Assembly: GCA_963845935.1 (NCBI GenBank) | Contig: CAWJTZ010000013.1 | Span: forward strand, 63,081-127,080 | Source: an uncultured Gaiellaceae bacterium | GTDB lineage: Bacteria; Actinomycetota; Thermoleophilia; Gaiellales; Gaiellaceae | Direction of reading: 5' to 3' | DNA length: 64,000 nucleotides | Part shown: piece after piece, positions 30,186 to 40,444 of the stretch | Numbering within the stretch: the first letter of the stretch is position 1 | How the letters are laid out: the number at the start of each line of letters is the position of its first letter | Made by a program: the position numbers and the translations under genes | The notes under the pieces: model-generated | Databases searched by the model: none | Seen by the model: only the letters and a program-made list of their open reading frames with translations | Told to the model about the DNA's origin: nothing

Positions 30186-31215
30186 CACTCGACCACGTCG
30201 AAGAAGCCCATCCAGCCGAGCTCGGCGAACTCGGACTGGTGTGCGTGGAACATGTGCAGGCCGGTGCCGGTGAACTGGATCTCGATCACGCCGCGCTGCC
30301 CCTGGCACTGCATGACGGTGTCCGTGTACTCCCAGTTGTCGCCCGTGCCCGTCGGCTGGTAGCGGAAGAAGTCCGCGTGCAGGTGGAAGCGAGTTGATGA
30401 GGTCGAACTCCGTGAGGTTGGCGAGGTAGATGCGCACGAGCTCCGACCGCTTGATGCGGATCGGGTAGCGCGCGTAGTAGAACGAGCGCCCGTTCACGGT
30501 GTAGAAGTTGTTCTCGCCGTCGCCGTCGGTGTCGAAGCCGTTCATCACCATGACGAGCTCCTTGGCGGGCGGCCGCGGCTTCTTCGGGTCGATGATGAAC
30601 GCGCCGTAGAGGCCCTTGTGGATGTGCTTCTTGAGCGGGGTCGAGTGGCAGTGGTAGAGCTGCATCCCCGCCGGCCGCGCCTCGAACTCGTAGGTGAAGT
30701 GACCGCCCGGCTCGACGATCTGGAAGACGCCGTCCATGTTCGTCGGGTGGATGCCGTGGAAGTGGATCGTGTGCGGGTGCGAGCCGGCGTTCACGAGGCG
30801 GACACGAAGGAGGTCGCCCTCGGTGGCCCGGATCACGGGGCCTGGCGCCGTCCCGTTGTACACCCAGGCGGGGAAGAAGACACCCGGCGCGACCTCGAGC
30901 TCGACGTCGGTCGCGGTCAGGTTGTACTCGCGGACGCGGCCCGGACTGTACGGGAGTGCCGGGGGCGGGTAGAGGAGCGCGTCGAGGTCCGTCGGCCCGC
31001 CGACGGCGGGCGCCTCGGCGCCGACCATCGCGGCGTGACCCGATCGAGCCGTGGATGTGGTTCTGCGGCGAACGCTCCTGTGCATGGCCGGAGTGGTCGT
31101 GAGCGCCGTTCGGCGACGCCTCGGCCTCGAGAGCGAACTTGCCGACGAGCGGAGCAGCGGCCAGCGGAGCCGCGGCGGCCAGCAGCTTTCCTCGTGTGAG
31201 CCGTGTTTTAGCCAT
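30185..31215 (-). pseudogene. Two-domain multicopper oxidase with TAT-like signal, two frame switches (~31040, ~30389)
   Basis: MAKTRLTRGKLLAAAAPLAAAPL... (ORF 30286..31215). Then GHAAMVGAE...HPHTIHFHGIH...LYHCHS (ORF 28998..31085 frame). Then FHLHADFF...GLHMFHAHQSEFAELGWMGFFDVVE*. Confidence 0.85.
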
Positions 31216-31221
31216 GGCTAA
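31208..31221. promoter_or_regulatory. Perfect 14-bp palindrome TTAGCCATGGCTAA in the MCO/DtxR divergent region (candidate DtxR/MntR-family operator)
   Basis: The sequence is its own reverse complement. It spans the MCO ATG (31215-31213) and its half-site TTAGC/GCTAA resembles the core of iron-box type operators. Confidence 0.35.
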
Positions 31222-31254
31222 TTCCGATTCGGAGTGTAACCTAAGATCCGCGCG

Positions 31255-31921
31255 ATGCCAGCACAGGCCCCCGATCTCAGCGTCGCCGTGCAGGACTACC
31301 TGAAGGCGATCTACGCCCTCGAGTCTGCGGGAGAGCGCGTCACGACGTCAGCGCTCGCGCAGCGCATGGGTGTCAGCGCCCCTCGGCGACGGCGATGACG
31401 AAGCGCCTCGACGAGCTCGGGCCTCGTCGAGCGGGTGCCGCATCGCGGTGTCGCGCTCACGGACGCCGGGACGGCGCGGCGCGCTCGAGGTGCTCCGCCA
31501 CCATCGGCTGCTCGAGCGCTACCTCGTCGACCGGCTCGGGCTCCCGCTCCACGAGGTGCACGCGGAGGCCGAGCTACTCGAGCACGCGCTCTCGGAAGAG
31601 CTCGAGGCGAAGATCGACGCGGAGCTCGGCTTCCCGACCCACGATCCCCACGGCGACCCGATCCCCGACCGCGACCTCCGCGTCGTCCACGGCGACGACC
31701 GGACGCTGCTCGACCTCGAGCCGGGAGCGCAGGCATCGATCTCGCGCGTGCCCGACGACGACTCGGCGCTCCTCCGCTACCTGGGAGAGCTCGGGATCGT
31801 GCCCGGCTCGAGCCTCGAGCTCGTCGCGTACGCCCCGTTCGGCGGGCCCGTGACCGTCAGGACGCAGCGCGGCGAGCACGCGATCTCCCGCGAGCTCGCC
31901 GACCGCATCGCGGCCGCGTAG
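31255..31921 (+). pseudogene. DtxR/MntR-family metalloregulator with C-terminal FeoA/SH3-like domain, three frame switches (~31381, ~31422, ~31483)
   Basis: MPAQAPDLSVAVQDYLKAIYALESAGERVTTSALAQRMGVSAP / SATAMTKRLDELG / LVERVPHRGVALTDAGTARR / LEVLRHHRLLERYLV...HDPHGDPIP..., read in four successive frames. Confidence 0.85.
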
Positions 31922-31931
31922 CGAGCGGCCG

Positions 31932-32295
31932 TCAGCTCAGCTCGAGCGCGACGACCTTGACGTCCTGGGAGCGATCCGCTCCGAGCGTCGCATCGAGCTT
32001 CTGCCCGAGCTCGCCGGACGCGAGCAGCTCCTCGGTGATGTCGGCGCCGCCGATGAGCTCGCCCTTCACGAAGACCTGCGGGATCGTCGGCCAGCCGGAG
32101 ATCGAGGCGAGCTCCTGGCGGATCCGCGGGTCGGGAAGGATGTCGACCGTCGGTGATCGGCGCGCCTGCCGCGTGAAGCGCCTGCAACGCGCGCTGCGAG
32201 TTCCCGCACATGATCATCTGCGGCGTCCCCTTCATGAAGACGGCCACCGGCTCCTGCTCGATGACGTCGGAGATCTGCTCGTTCAAGGTCTTCAT
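31932..32295 (-). pseudogene. Monothiol glutaredoxin (Grx4-like; active site reads CGNS), frame switch near 32150
   Basis: MKTLNEQISDVIEQEPVAVFMKGTPQMIMCGNSQRALQALHAAGAPIT, then TVDILPDPRIRQELASISGWPTIPQVFVKGELIGGADI... in the next frame. Confidence 0.85.
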
Positions 32296-32525
32296 GCCGT
32301 TCCTTTCGTCCTGATTCGCAGCTCGTGGATGGAGCCGTCGGCGAGTGGTTCCGCGAGCGCGTCGTTCACGCGCCGGTGCTGGTCGATGAGTGGCACGCCG
32401 TCGAAGTCGCCGCTGACGACCGTCACCTGGAAGTGATCGCCGCCGCCCGTCCGATCCTCGACGTCGACGGTGGCCGCAGCGGGGAACGCATCCTCGAGCA
32501 ACCGACGTATCGTCGCCGTGTCCAC
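32292..32525 (-). CDS. BolA-family protein
   Basis: 77 aa. GGGDHFQVTVVSGDFDGVPLIDQHRRVNDAL...IHELRIRT. The stop overlaps the grx ATG. Confidence 0.88.
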   Translation of the reverse strand: MDTATIRRLLEDAFPAAATVDVEDRTGGGDHFQVTVVSGDFDGVPLIDQHRRVNDALAEPLADGSIHELRIRTKGTA

Positions 32526-32561
32526 GCGGCCATGCTAGTCGCGCCTCGCTACCCTGCGGGC

Positions 32562-33011
32562 ATGCGGCTGCTCCGCGGGCTCCTCCTCTTCAAGCTCGGA
32601 TTCTGGGCCGGGATGTGCGCCTCCGCTGCGATCCTCAAGCGCACCTTCCCCTCGCGCGGCGACGAGGACAGCGACGAGCTCGCGCTCGTGGCCATCCTGA
32701 ACGGCGTCGAGCTCAAGAGCCGCGCACAGGCGTTCCGGGGCGGCTCGATGTTCTCCTGGCTCGGCGGGATCGCCGTCGACCTGCGTGACGTGCAGCTGGC
32801 AGGCGACGCGCGTCTCGAGGTGCATTCGGCATTCGGCGGGATCGCGATTCGGGTTCCGCCGACCTGGCGCATCGAGTCGAACGTGAAGGCGATCGGCGGC
32901 GGGGTCACGGTCTCGCCCACGCAGCCGACGGACGACGCTCCGACGCTCCGGCTCGACGGGTTCACCGCTTTCGGCGGCATCGCGGTGGGCGCGAAGACCG
33001 CCGAGAGCTAG
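32562..33011 (+). CDS. LiaF-like / DUF2154 membrane protein
   Basis: ATG 32562. One TM (LLLFKLGFWAGMCASAAI), then repeats of FGGIAIRVPPTW / FGGIAVG typical of the LiaF C-terminal domain. Confidence 0.6.
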   Translation: MRLLRGLLLFKLGFWAGMCASAAILKRTFPSRGDEDSDELALVAILNGVELKSRAQAFRGGSMFSWLGGIAVDLRDVQLAGDARLEVHSAFGGIAIRVPPTWRIESNVKAIGGGVTVSPTQPTDDAPTLRLDGFTAFGGIAVGAKTAES

Positions 33012-33014
33012 CGC

Positions 33015-33881
33015 TTGCGCCGAGCGACGCAGTACCTGGTCTCGCTGCCCGAGCGGATCCTCCGTTCGGTCGCGGCAGCTCTCGGCGGGACGATCCACGA
33101 GACCGCCGAGCTCGTCCTCCCGCGACTCGTCAGGAAGTCCCGCTTCTACGAGGCGACGGCGAAGAACCTGCTCCGCATCACCGTCGAGCTCGTCGGCGGA
33201 GTCGAGCGCCGAGGCCGACGCCGTCGCCGACGAGCACGAGTCGTCGCCGAAGAAGCTCGCCGTGCGCAAGGCGGGCGGGAACGTCGTCGAGCTGGGGTCG
33301 ATTCTCGCCTTCGGCTTCTCGCCGCTCTGGCTGCTCGCGGCCGCGGCGGACATCTCGCATGGCACACGCGTCTACCTCGATGCTCTCGTCGGGGAGCTCA
33401 AGGCGGCGGGGGTGCTCGCGAGAGAGGCCGAGTTCGCCTCGGTCGACGACCTGCTCGCCGCCCTGGAGGGCGCGAGCGGGACGACCGCGCGCCTGATCGA
33501 CATCCCGCCGCTCGAGGTCGACGGGCTCAAGCAGTCGCTCGCCGACCTGCGCACCGACGCGAAGAGTCTCCCCACTCCCCCTGAGCTCGCCGCGGTGTAC
33601 CAGGGCCTGCTCGCCGAGGCCGACCGCGAGCAGCGCTCGCTCCTCGAGGTCTCGCTCGGGATGGGCATCGCGTTCTTCAACTCCGCGCGCAAGGTCGGCC
33701 GCCAGCACCTGCTCGATCCGTACACCGAGGACCTGCGCCCGGTCCGCGACGAGGGCTTCGGAGCGTACGCACGGCGCGTCGGAGCGCCCTACGGGCGAGC
33801 GGTCGCGCGGCACCTGGATCCCGGCCGGGCGACGCTGACGGAGCGCGGGCTCGGGCGGTTGCCCCGCGCCAAGCTGCTTGA
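33015..33881 (+). pseudogene. Conserved-looking hypothetical protein. Frame switch near 33208; the 3' end is unresolved.
   Basis: TTG 33015: MRRATQYLVSLPERILRSVAAALGG...VELVGGVE (frame 0), then EADAVADEHESSPKKLAVRKAGGNVVELGSILAFGFSPLWLLAAAADISHG... (frame 1). Frame 1 has no stop before the aconitase ATG. Confidence 0.5.
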
Positions 33882-33891
33882 ATCGGAGTCG

Positions 33892-36666
33892 ATGGAGCAT
33901 CCGAACACCTTCGGCGCGCGGGCGACGCTGGACGTGGGCGGCTCGAGCCGTCGAGATGTTCCGGCTCGACGCGCTGCAGGCGAGCCACGACGTGCTGCGC
34001 CTGCCCTACACGCTTCGTGTCCTGCTCGAGAACGTGCTTCGCATGGAGGACGGCGTGACCGTCACGTCGGCTGACGTGGAGGCGGTTGCCGGCTGGGTAG
34101 CGGCCGACGAGCCCTCGCGGGAGATCTCGTTCACGCCGGGCCGCGTGCTCCTGCAGGACTTCACCGGCGTCCCTGCCGTTGTCGACCTCGCCGCGATGCG
34201 AAACGCGATGAGCGACCTCGGCGGCGAGGCGCGAAGGATCAACCCGCTCCTCCCCGTGGAGCTCGTGATCGACCACTCCGTGCAGGTCGACGAGTTCGCG
34301 AGCAAGCTCGCGATCTTCCGGAACGCCGAGCTCGAGTTCCAGCGGAACCGCGAGCGCTACGCCTTCCTGCGCTGGGGACAGGGAGCGTTCGACGACTTCA
34401 AGGCGGTCCCGCCGAGCACCGGGATCGTCCACCAGGTGAACCTCGAGTTCCTCGCGCGAGTCGTCGACGAGCGCGGCGGTGTCGCCTTTCCCGACACACT
34501 CGTCGGGACGGACTCGCACACGACCATGATCAACGGGCTCGGCGTCCTCGGCTGGGGAGTCGGCGGGATCGAGGCCGAGGCCGCCATGCTCGGCGAGGCG
34601 ATCTCCATGCTCGTCCCGCAGGTCGTCGGCTTCCGCCTGACGGGTGCGCTCCCGGAGGCGGCTACGGCCACCGACCTCGTGCTCACGGTCACGCAGATCC
34701 TCAGAGAGACGGGCGTCGTCGGCAAGTTCGTCGAGTACTTCGGCCACGGGCTGGAGACCCTCCCGCTCGCCGACCGGGCGACGATCGGGAACATGTCGCC
34801 CGAGTACGGCGCCACGTGCGGCTTCTTCCCGGTCGACGCGGAGACGCTGCGCTACCTGCGGCTGACCGGGCGGTCGGACGAGCGGATCGCGCTCGTCGAG
34901 GCGTACTGCAAGGAGAACGCGCTCTGGCACGACCCCGACGAGCCGCCGACGTACTCGCAGGTCGTCGAGCTCGACCTCTCCACGGTCGAGCCGTCGCTCG
35001 CCGGACCTCGTCGACCGCAGGATCGCGTCCCGCTCGCCGGCGCGAAGCAGGCGTTCGTCGACGCGCTCCCGAGCTTCGGCGTCGACTACGGGAATGGGCA
35101 CGACGAGGCCGTCGACGAGACGTTCCCGGCCAGCGATCCGCTCGCGTCGGGCACCCCGGGCCACGCAGAGGAGATCTCCGACGCCCTGATCACAACGCGC
35201 CCGCGCCTCGTGCTCGCGGAGCCGACCGCCGTCGAGGTGACATACGGCGACGAGACGTTCCACCTGAGTCACGGCTCCGTCGTCATCGCCGCGATCACGT
35301 CGTGCACGAACACCTCGAACCCGGCCGTCATGGTCGGGGCGGGTCTCCTCGCGAAGAAAGCGGTCGAGCGCGGGCTCGGCCGCAAGCCATGGGTGAAGTC
35401 GAGCCTCGCGCCGGGATCGAAGGTGGTCACCGAGTACTACGACAAGGCCGGGCTGACGCCGTACCTCGAGGAGCTCGGCTTCCACACGGTCGGCTACGGC
35501 TGCACGACCTGCATCGGGAACTCCGGGCCGCTCCCGGACGAGATCTCGCGCGGGGTCGCGCAGGGCGACCTCGTCGTCTGCGCCGTGCTCTCGGGCAACC
35601 GCAACTTCGAGGCCCGCATCCACCCCGAGGTGAAGGCGAACTACCTCGCGTCACCTCCGCTCGTCGTGGCGTACGCGCTCGCAGGGCGGATGGACATCGA
35701 CCTCGCGACCGAGCCGATCGGAACCGGCTCCGACGGCGAGGACGTCTTCCTCTCGGACCTCTGGCCGTCGCCCGAGGAGGTACGGGAGACCGTCGCGGGA
35801 GCCATAGGCGAGGAGATGTTCCGGGCGACGTACGCCGACGTGTACACCGGCGACGAGACCTGGCGCTCGCTCCCGGTCCCGGAGGGCGAGCTCTTCGCAT
35901 GGGAACCGGACTCGACCTACGTCCGGCGGCCGACCTACTTCGACGGCATGTCGCTCGAGCCGGGCACCGTCGACGACGTCGAGGGCGCGCGCTGTCTCGT
36001 CTCGGTCGGGGACTCCGTCACGACCGACCACATCTCACCCGCGGGCTCGATCAAGCCGGACTCGCCGGCCGGCCGCTACCTCCTCGAGCACGGCATCGAG
36101 CGGAAGGACTTCAACTCGTACGGATCGCGCCGCGGCAACCACGAGGTGATGGTGCGTGGCACGTTCGCGAACGTGCGGCTTCGCAACCTCCTCGTCCCCG
36201 GATCCGAGGGAACCTGGACGGTGCACGTGCCGTCGGGCGACGAGCTGACGATCTTCGACGCTGCCGAGCGCTATCGCGACGAGGGCACGCCGCTCATCGT
36301 CCTCGCCGGGAAGGAGTACGGCTCGGGCTCCTCACGCGACTGGGCGGCGAAGGGCCCGAAGCTCCTCGGCGTACGGGCGGTGATCGCGGAGAGCTACGAG
36401 CGGATCCATCGCTCGAATCTGCTCATGATGGGCGTGCTCCCGCTGCAGTACCGGCCCGGCGAGAGTCGCGAGTCGCTCGGGCTGACCGGGCGCGAGGCCT
36501 TCTCGATCGTCGGCCTCGAGAACGGCGGAGGCGGACGAGGTCACCGTGCGCGCGGACGACACGGAGTTCCGCGCCATCGTGCGTCTCGACACGCCGCGCG
36601 AGCGCGACTACCTGCGGCACGGCGGGATCCTGCCGTACGTGCTGCGTCGGCTGCTCGTCGGCCTAG
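33892..36666 (+). pseudogene. acnA: Aconitate hydratase A, three frame switches (~33946, ~36533, ~36655)
   Basis: [19 protein letters not shown] (frame 1). Then [10 protein letters not shown]...[24 protein letters not shown]...SCTNTSNP...[10 protein letters not shown]...[10 protein letters not shown] (frame 2, ORF 33878..). Then [41 protein letters not shown] (frame 0). Confidence 0.92.
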
Positions 36667-37434
36667 GCGGCCTTCCGGCCGACGAAGATCGCCCAGCCCA
36701 GGAGCTCGCGGCCGTGGCGCAGATACGTCCGCTTGTGGCGCTCGTGTCGTTCCCGGATCTCGACCGCATCCGGGTCGTCGGGATTCGCGGCGAGCCAGCG
36801 ACTCGACGGCCTGCCAGTGGAGCGTCTCGTAGCGGTCCCAGTCGTCCTCCGAGGAGGCGATCACCGAGACCACCCGAAGGCCGGACGTCTCGAAGACCGT
36901 CACGGTCCCCTCGAGGGTCGTCCACGGCTCCCGCCGGTCCTCGTAGTCGTCCGGAAGCGGAAGCCGCCGCCAGTACGGCTCGCCGACGACGACGTGGCCG
37001 CCGGGGCGGACTGCCGGCGCGAGTGCCTCGACCGTGTCCGCGAGGCTGCCGTAGACGAAGCTCGCTCCGAGGCAGAGTGCGGCGTCGTACGCCTCCGGCT
37101 CGAGCGTCGCAGCGGCGCCGTCGCCCAGTTCGAACACCAGCCGCTCGGCGAGCCCGGCAGCCTCGGCTCGCTCGACCGCGACCGCGTGGAAGTCCGGCGT
37201 GATCTCGACGCCGCGAATGCTGCACCCGAACGTCTCCGCGAGGACGAGCGCCGGCCCGCCGCGGCCGGACGCGATGTCGAGGACTCGCGATCCTGGCCCG
37301 AGACCGAGCCGCTCGCCGAGGAGGACGAGCTTCTCCGGCGACGTCGGATTCTGCAGCTCGTGGAGCGCCTCGGCGACGACGAAGTAGCGGGGAATCACGG
37401 AAGGATCATCTAGCCTCACGCGCCGAATGGCCAA
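36663..37434 (-). pseudogene. Class I SAM-dependent methyltransferase. Frame switch near 36790; the start may be GTG 37398.
   Basis: VLDIASGRGGPALVLAE (motif I)...VVVGEPYW...HWQAVESLA, then [41 protein letters not shown] in the next frame. Confidence 0.8.
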
Positions 37435-38779
37435 TCACGAGGAGGTCGTCGAGGGCACCTGGGGCATCGAGCCGGTGCCGCCGCGCCTGCGGGTGCTGAG
37501 CGGACTCGAGACCGGCCTTCTGTGGGGGAACCTCGGCGTCTCGCTCCTCGTCATCGTGGCCGGAGCGATTCTCGTGCCGGCGCTGTCCCTGCCCTCCGCG
37601 CTCGTCGCGATCGTCGTCGGCTGTCTGATCGGGAACGCGATGCTCGCGGTCGCCGGGATGATCGGCGCCGACGCGCGCGTCCCGGGAATGGCGCTCATGC
37701 GCGCGCCGCTCGGCCAGCGTGGCTCGCTGCTCCCGACGGGCATCAACGTCGTGCAGGGGATCGGCTGGACGATGTTCGAGCTCCTCGTGATCGCGACCGC
37801 CGCCTCCGCGCTCTCGGACGAGCTCTTCGGGTTCGAGGCGAAGTGGCTGTGGACGCTCGTCTTCGGGGCCGTCGCTCTCGTCCTCGCGCTCCTCGGGCCG
37901 ATCGGCTTCGTACGTCGCTTCATCCGCCGCTTCGCGATCTGGGCGGTCCCGCTCGCGCTTCTCTATCTGACGTGGTGGGCGCTCGACGGCGCCGACCTGT
38001 CGGCGATCTGGAACGCCGAGGGCGAGGGCGGGCTCAGCGTCTGGCAAGGAGCCGACGTCGTCGTCGGCATCACTGTCTCGTGGATCCCGTACGCGGCCGA
38101 CTACACGCGGTTCTCGACCACGCGCCGCGGAGCGCTCGCCGGGACCGGCATCGGGTACCTCGTTCCGGATGCCTGGCTGCTCGCGCTCGGCGCGGTACTC
38201 GTGCTCTCGCGCGACCTCGGCGATCCGGCGGCCTTGCCGGCGGCCGTCGTCGCGGGCGGCTTCGCCGCGATCGTCGCGCTGTTCGCGCTGCTCGTGACCG
38301 AGACCGACGAGGCGTTCGCAAACTCGTACTCGGCCGCGGTGTCGCTCCAGAACGCCATGCCGCGCGCGCCGCAGGCGCTGCTCGTGGTCGCGGTCGTCGC
38401 GATCGCGACGGCAGGAGCGCTCGTCCTCGACTTCACGAGCTACCAGAGCTTCCTGCTCCTCCTCGGCTCCGTGTTCGTCCCGCTCTTCGCGGTCCTCCTC
38501 GCGGACTGGCTGGCAGCGGGGGCCCACTACACGCCCGAGGACGTGTTCGAGTCGCCCGCATGGCGTCCGGGTCTCCTTGCGGCGTGGATCGCCGGGTTCG
38601 CTCTCTACCAGTGGCTGTTCCCGACCGGGCCCGGTTGGTGGGTCGACCTCGTCGAGCGTCTCGATCCGCCGAGCTGGGGCATCGGCGCCACCGTGCCGAG
38701 CTTTCTCGTCGCGTTCGGACTTGCGAGCCTCGTCGCCGTGCTGGCTCGACGCGGCGCGGCCGGAGCGGCGCCGGCATGA
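37427..38779 (+). CDS. NCS1-family (purine-cytosine/hydroxymethylpyrimidine permease-like) transporter
   Basis: 450-aa ORF with about 12 hydrophobic segments. WGNLGVSLLVIVAGA...RAPLGQRGSLLPTGINVVQGIGW. Confidence 0.8.
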   Translation: MANHEEVVEGTWGIEPVPPRLRVLSGLETGLLWGNLGVSLLVIVAGAILVPALSLPSALVAIVVGCLIGNAMLAVAGMIGADARVPGMALMRAPLGQRGSLLPTGINVVQGIGWTMFELLVIATAASALSDELFGFEAKWLWTLVFGAVALVLALLGPIGFVRRFIRRFAIWAVPLALLYLTWWALDGADLSAIWNAEGEGGLSVWQGADVVVGITVSWIPYAADYTRFSTTRRGALAGTGIGYLVPDAWLLALGAVLVLSRDLGDPAALPAAVVAGGFAAIVALFALLVTETDEAFANSYSAAVSLQNAMPRAPQALLVVAVVAIATAGALVLDFTSYQSFLLLLGSVFVPLFAVLLADWLAAGAHYTPEDVFESPAWRPGLLAAWIAGFALYQWLFPTGPGWWVDLVERLDPPSWGIGATVPSFLVAFGLASLVAVLARRGAAGAAPA

Positions 38780-39570
38780 CCGGGCTTGCGGTGATCGGGA
38801 ACCTCGCGCGCGACGTCGTGGCGGGCGGCGATCCGCGACCGGGGGGTGGCGTCTTCTGGAGCACGCGCGCACTTTCCCGCCTCGGCGCCGAGGCCGTCGT
38901 GACCGCGGCATGCAGCGCCGAAGATCGTCCGGCTCTCGTGCCGCCGCTCGAGGCGTTCGGCCTCGCGGTGACGTGGATCGAGTCGGAGACGACGACCGCG
39001 TACAGCTTCCACTACGAAGGCGACCGGCGGATCATGTGGCAGGAGGCCGTCGGAGACTTCTGGGAGCCCGAGCAGGCCGTCGCGGCCGTCGGCGGGGCCG
39101 AGTGGGTCAACGTCTGCGCGCTGACGCGCACCGACTTCCCGTCGGAGACGCTCGCGGCTCTGACGGCCGACGGTCGACGGCTGCTCGTCGATCTGCAAGG
39201 GCTCGTCCGCACGGCCACGATCGGCCCTCTCCACACGGACGGACAGGTCGGCGACGCCCTCCGCCATGTCGAAGTGCTGAAGTTGAACGACGAGGAGGCC
39301 GAGACACTCGTCGGGAGCGCTGAGCCGCACGCGCTTCAGACGCTGGGCGTGCCCGAGGTGCTCCTCACCCTCGGGTCGCAAGGGGCGTGGGTCATCACGC
39401 CCGAGAGCGCCGAGCACGTCCCCGCCGTCCCCGTCGAGGGTGCGGTCGACCCCACGGGCGCGGGTGACACGTACTCCGTCACCTATCTCGTACAGCGCGT
39501 GGCCGGCGCCGAGCCGGTCGAGGCCGCCCGCGTCGCGGCCGCAACCGTCTCCGCCTTCCTCGTCTCCTAG
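38776..39570 (+). CDS. PfkB-family carbohydrate/nucleoside kinase
   Basis: ATG 38776 overlaps the upstream TGA. ...VLKLNDEEAETL...DPTGAGDTYSVTYL (PfkB signature 2). Confidence 0.8.
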   Translation: MTGLAVIGNLARDVVAGGDPRPGGGVFWSTRALSRLGAEAVVTAACSAEDRPALVPPLEAFGLAVTWIESETTTAYSFHYEGDRRIMWQEAVGDFWEPEQAVAAVGGAEWVNVCALTRTDFPSETLAALTADGRRLLVDLQGLVRTATIGPLHTDGQVGDALRHVEVLKLNDEEAETLVGSAEPHALQTLGVPEVLLTLGSQGAWVITPESAEHVPAVPVEGAVDPTGAGDTYSVTYLVQRVAGAEPVEAARVAAATVSAFLVS

Positions 39571-40403
39571 AGGCGGAACTCGCCTCGCGCGACGACGACC
39601 GCGCGCCCACCGCAGAAGACGCTCACGATCTCGCCGCCGGCTCCGTCCGCGCGGGCGAAGAGGGTCGACGGGCGACCGATCTCGGCGCCCTGTGAGATCT
39701 CGATCCACTCTCCCCACTCGACGCGTCCGTGCCGGGAGAGGTGGCAGGCGAGCGGCCCGGCGGCCGAGCCGGTCGCAGCGTCCTCGCCGCGGTGCCAGAA
39801 CACGCGGGTCTTCCAGCGCGCGCCCTCTCCGGCGACGCAGTTGACTCCGGTAACGCCGAACGACGCGATCGCGGCCGTGTCCGGTGCGAGAGCAGCGACG
39901 GCGCCCTCGCCCGGAAGCGTCACCACGATGTGCGTCGCGCCGTTGTCGTACAGCTCGACCGGGAGCTCCGAGCGTTCGAGGCCGAGCACGGAGAGCAGCC
40001 GCTGCTCGTCGATCACAGGCTCGATCGTCGGGATCGGCTGCTGCATCCGGCCGAAGACGAGCGATCCGGACTCGTCCCGATCGATCTCGACGGGCACGAT
40101 CCCGGATCCTGTCTCGAGCTCCACGACTCCGCGCTGGAGCGGCTGCGCCAGCGCCCAGGCCGTCCCGAGCACCGGATGCCCGGCGAACTGCATCTCGTGG
40201 TCCGGGTTGAAGATGCGCACGCGAGCGGTGCCTCCCGCCTCGGGCGGCAGTACGAACGTCGTCTCCGAGAAGCCGACCTCGAGCGCCAGCGCCTGCATCG
40301 TCTCGGCCTCGATGCCGCGAGCGTCCGTGAAGACCGCGAGCTGGTTGCCCGCGAGCGCAGTGTCGGTGAAGACGTCGACCACGAGAAAGCGGTGGGTCGG
40401 CAC
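39567..40403 (-). CDS. PhzF-family isomerase
   Basis: 278 aa. FLVVDVFTDTALAGNQLAVF...SETTFV...MQFAGHPVLGTA. Confidence 0.88.
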   Translation of the reverse strand: MPTHRFLVVDVFTDTALAGNQLAVFTDARGIEAETMQALALEVGFSETTFVLPPEAGGTARVRIFNPDHEMQFAGHPVLGTAWALAQPLQRGVVELETGSGIVPVEIDRDESGSLVFGRMQQPIPTIEPVIDEQRLLSVLGLERSELPVELYDNGATHIVVTLPGEGAVAALAPDTAAIASFGVTGVNCVAGEGARWKTRVFWHRGEDAATGSAAGPLACHLSRHGRVEWGEWIEISQGAEIGRPSTLFARADGAGGEIVSVFCGGRAVVVARGEFRL

Positions 40404-40444
40404 CGCGGCACCCTACCCCCACCCCGCGCATATCGTCTCCGGCC

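Noticed and set aside
28998-31085. A single 695-aa ORF that looks like a multicopper oxidase-ZIP transporter fusion
   Set aside because: The authentic MCO C-terminus (FHLHADFF...HMFHAHQSEF...FFDVVE*) lies in another frame with a stop at 30185-30187, overlapping the ZIP ATG. These are two coupled genes.
33878-33960. The aconitase start at 33878 given by the ORF track ([15 protein letters not shown]...)
   Set aside because: That N-terminus is not aconitase-like. The neighbouring frame gives the canonical [17 protein letters not shown] from ATG 33892 and joins the main frame at ~33946.
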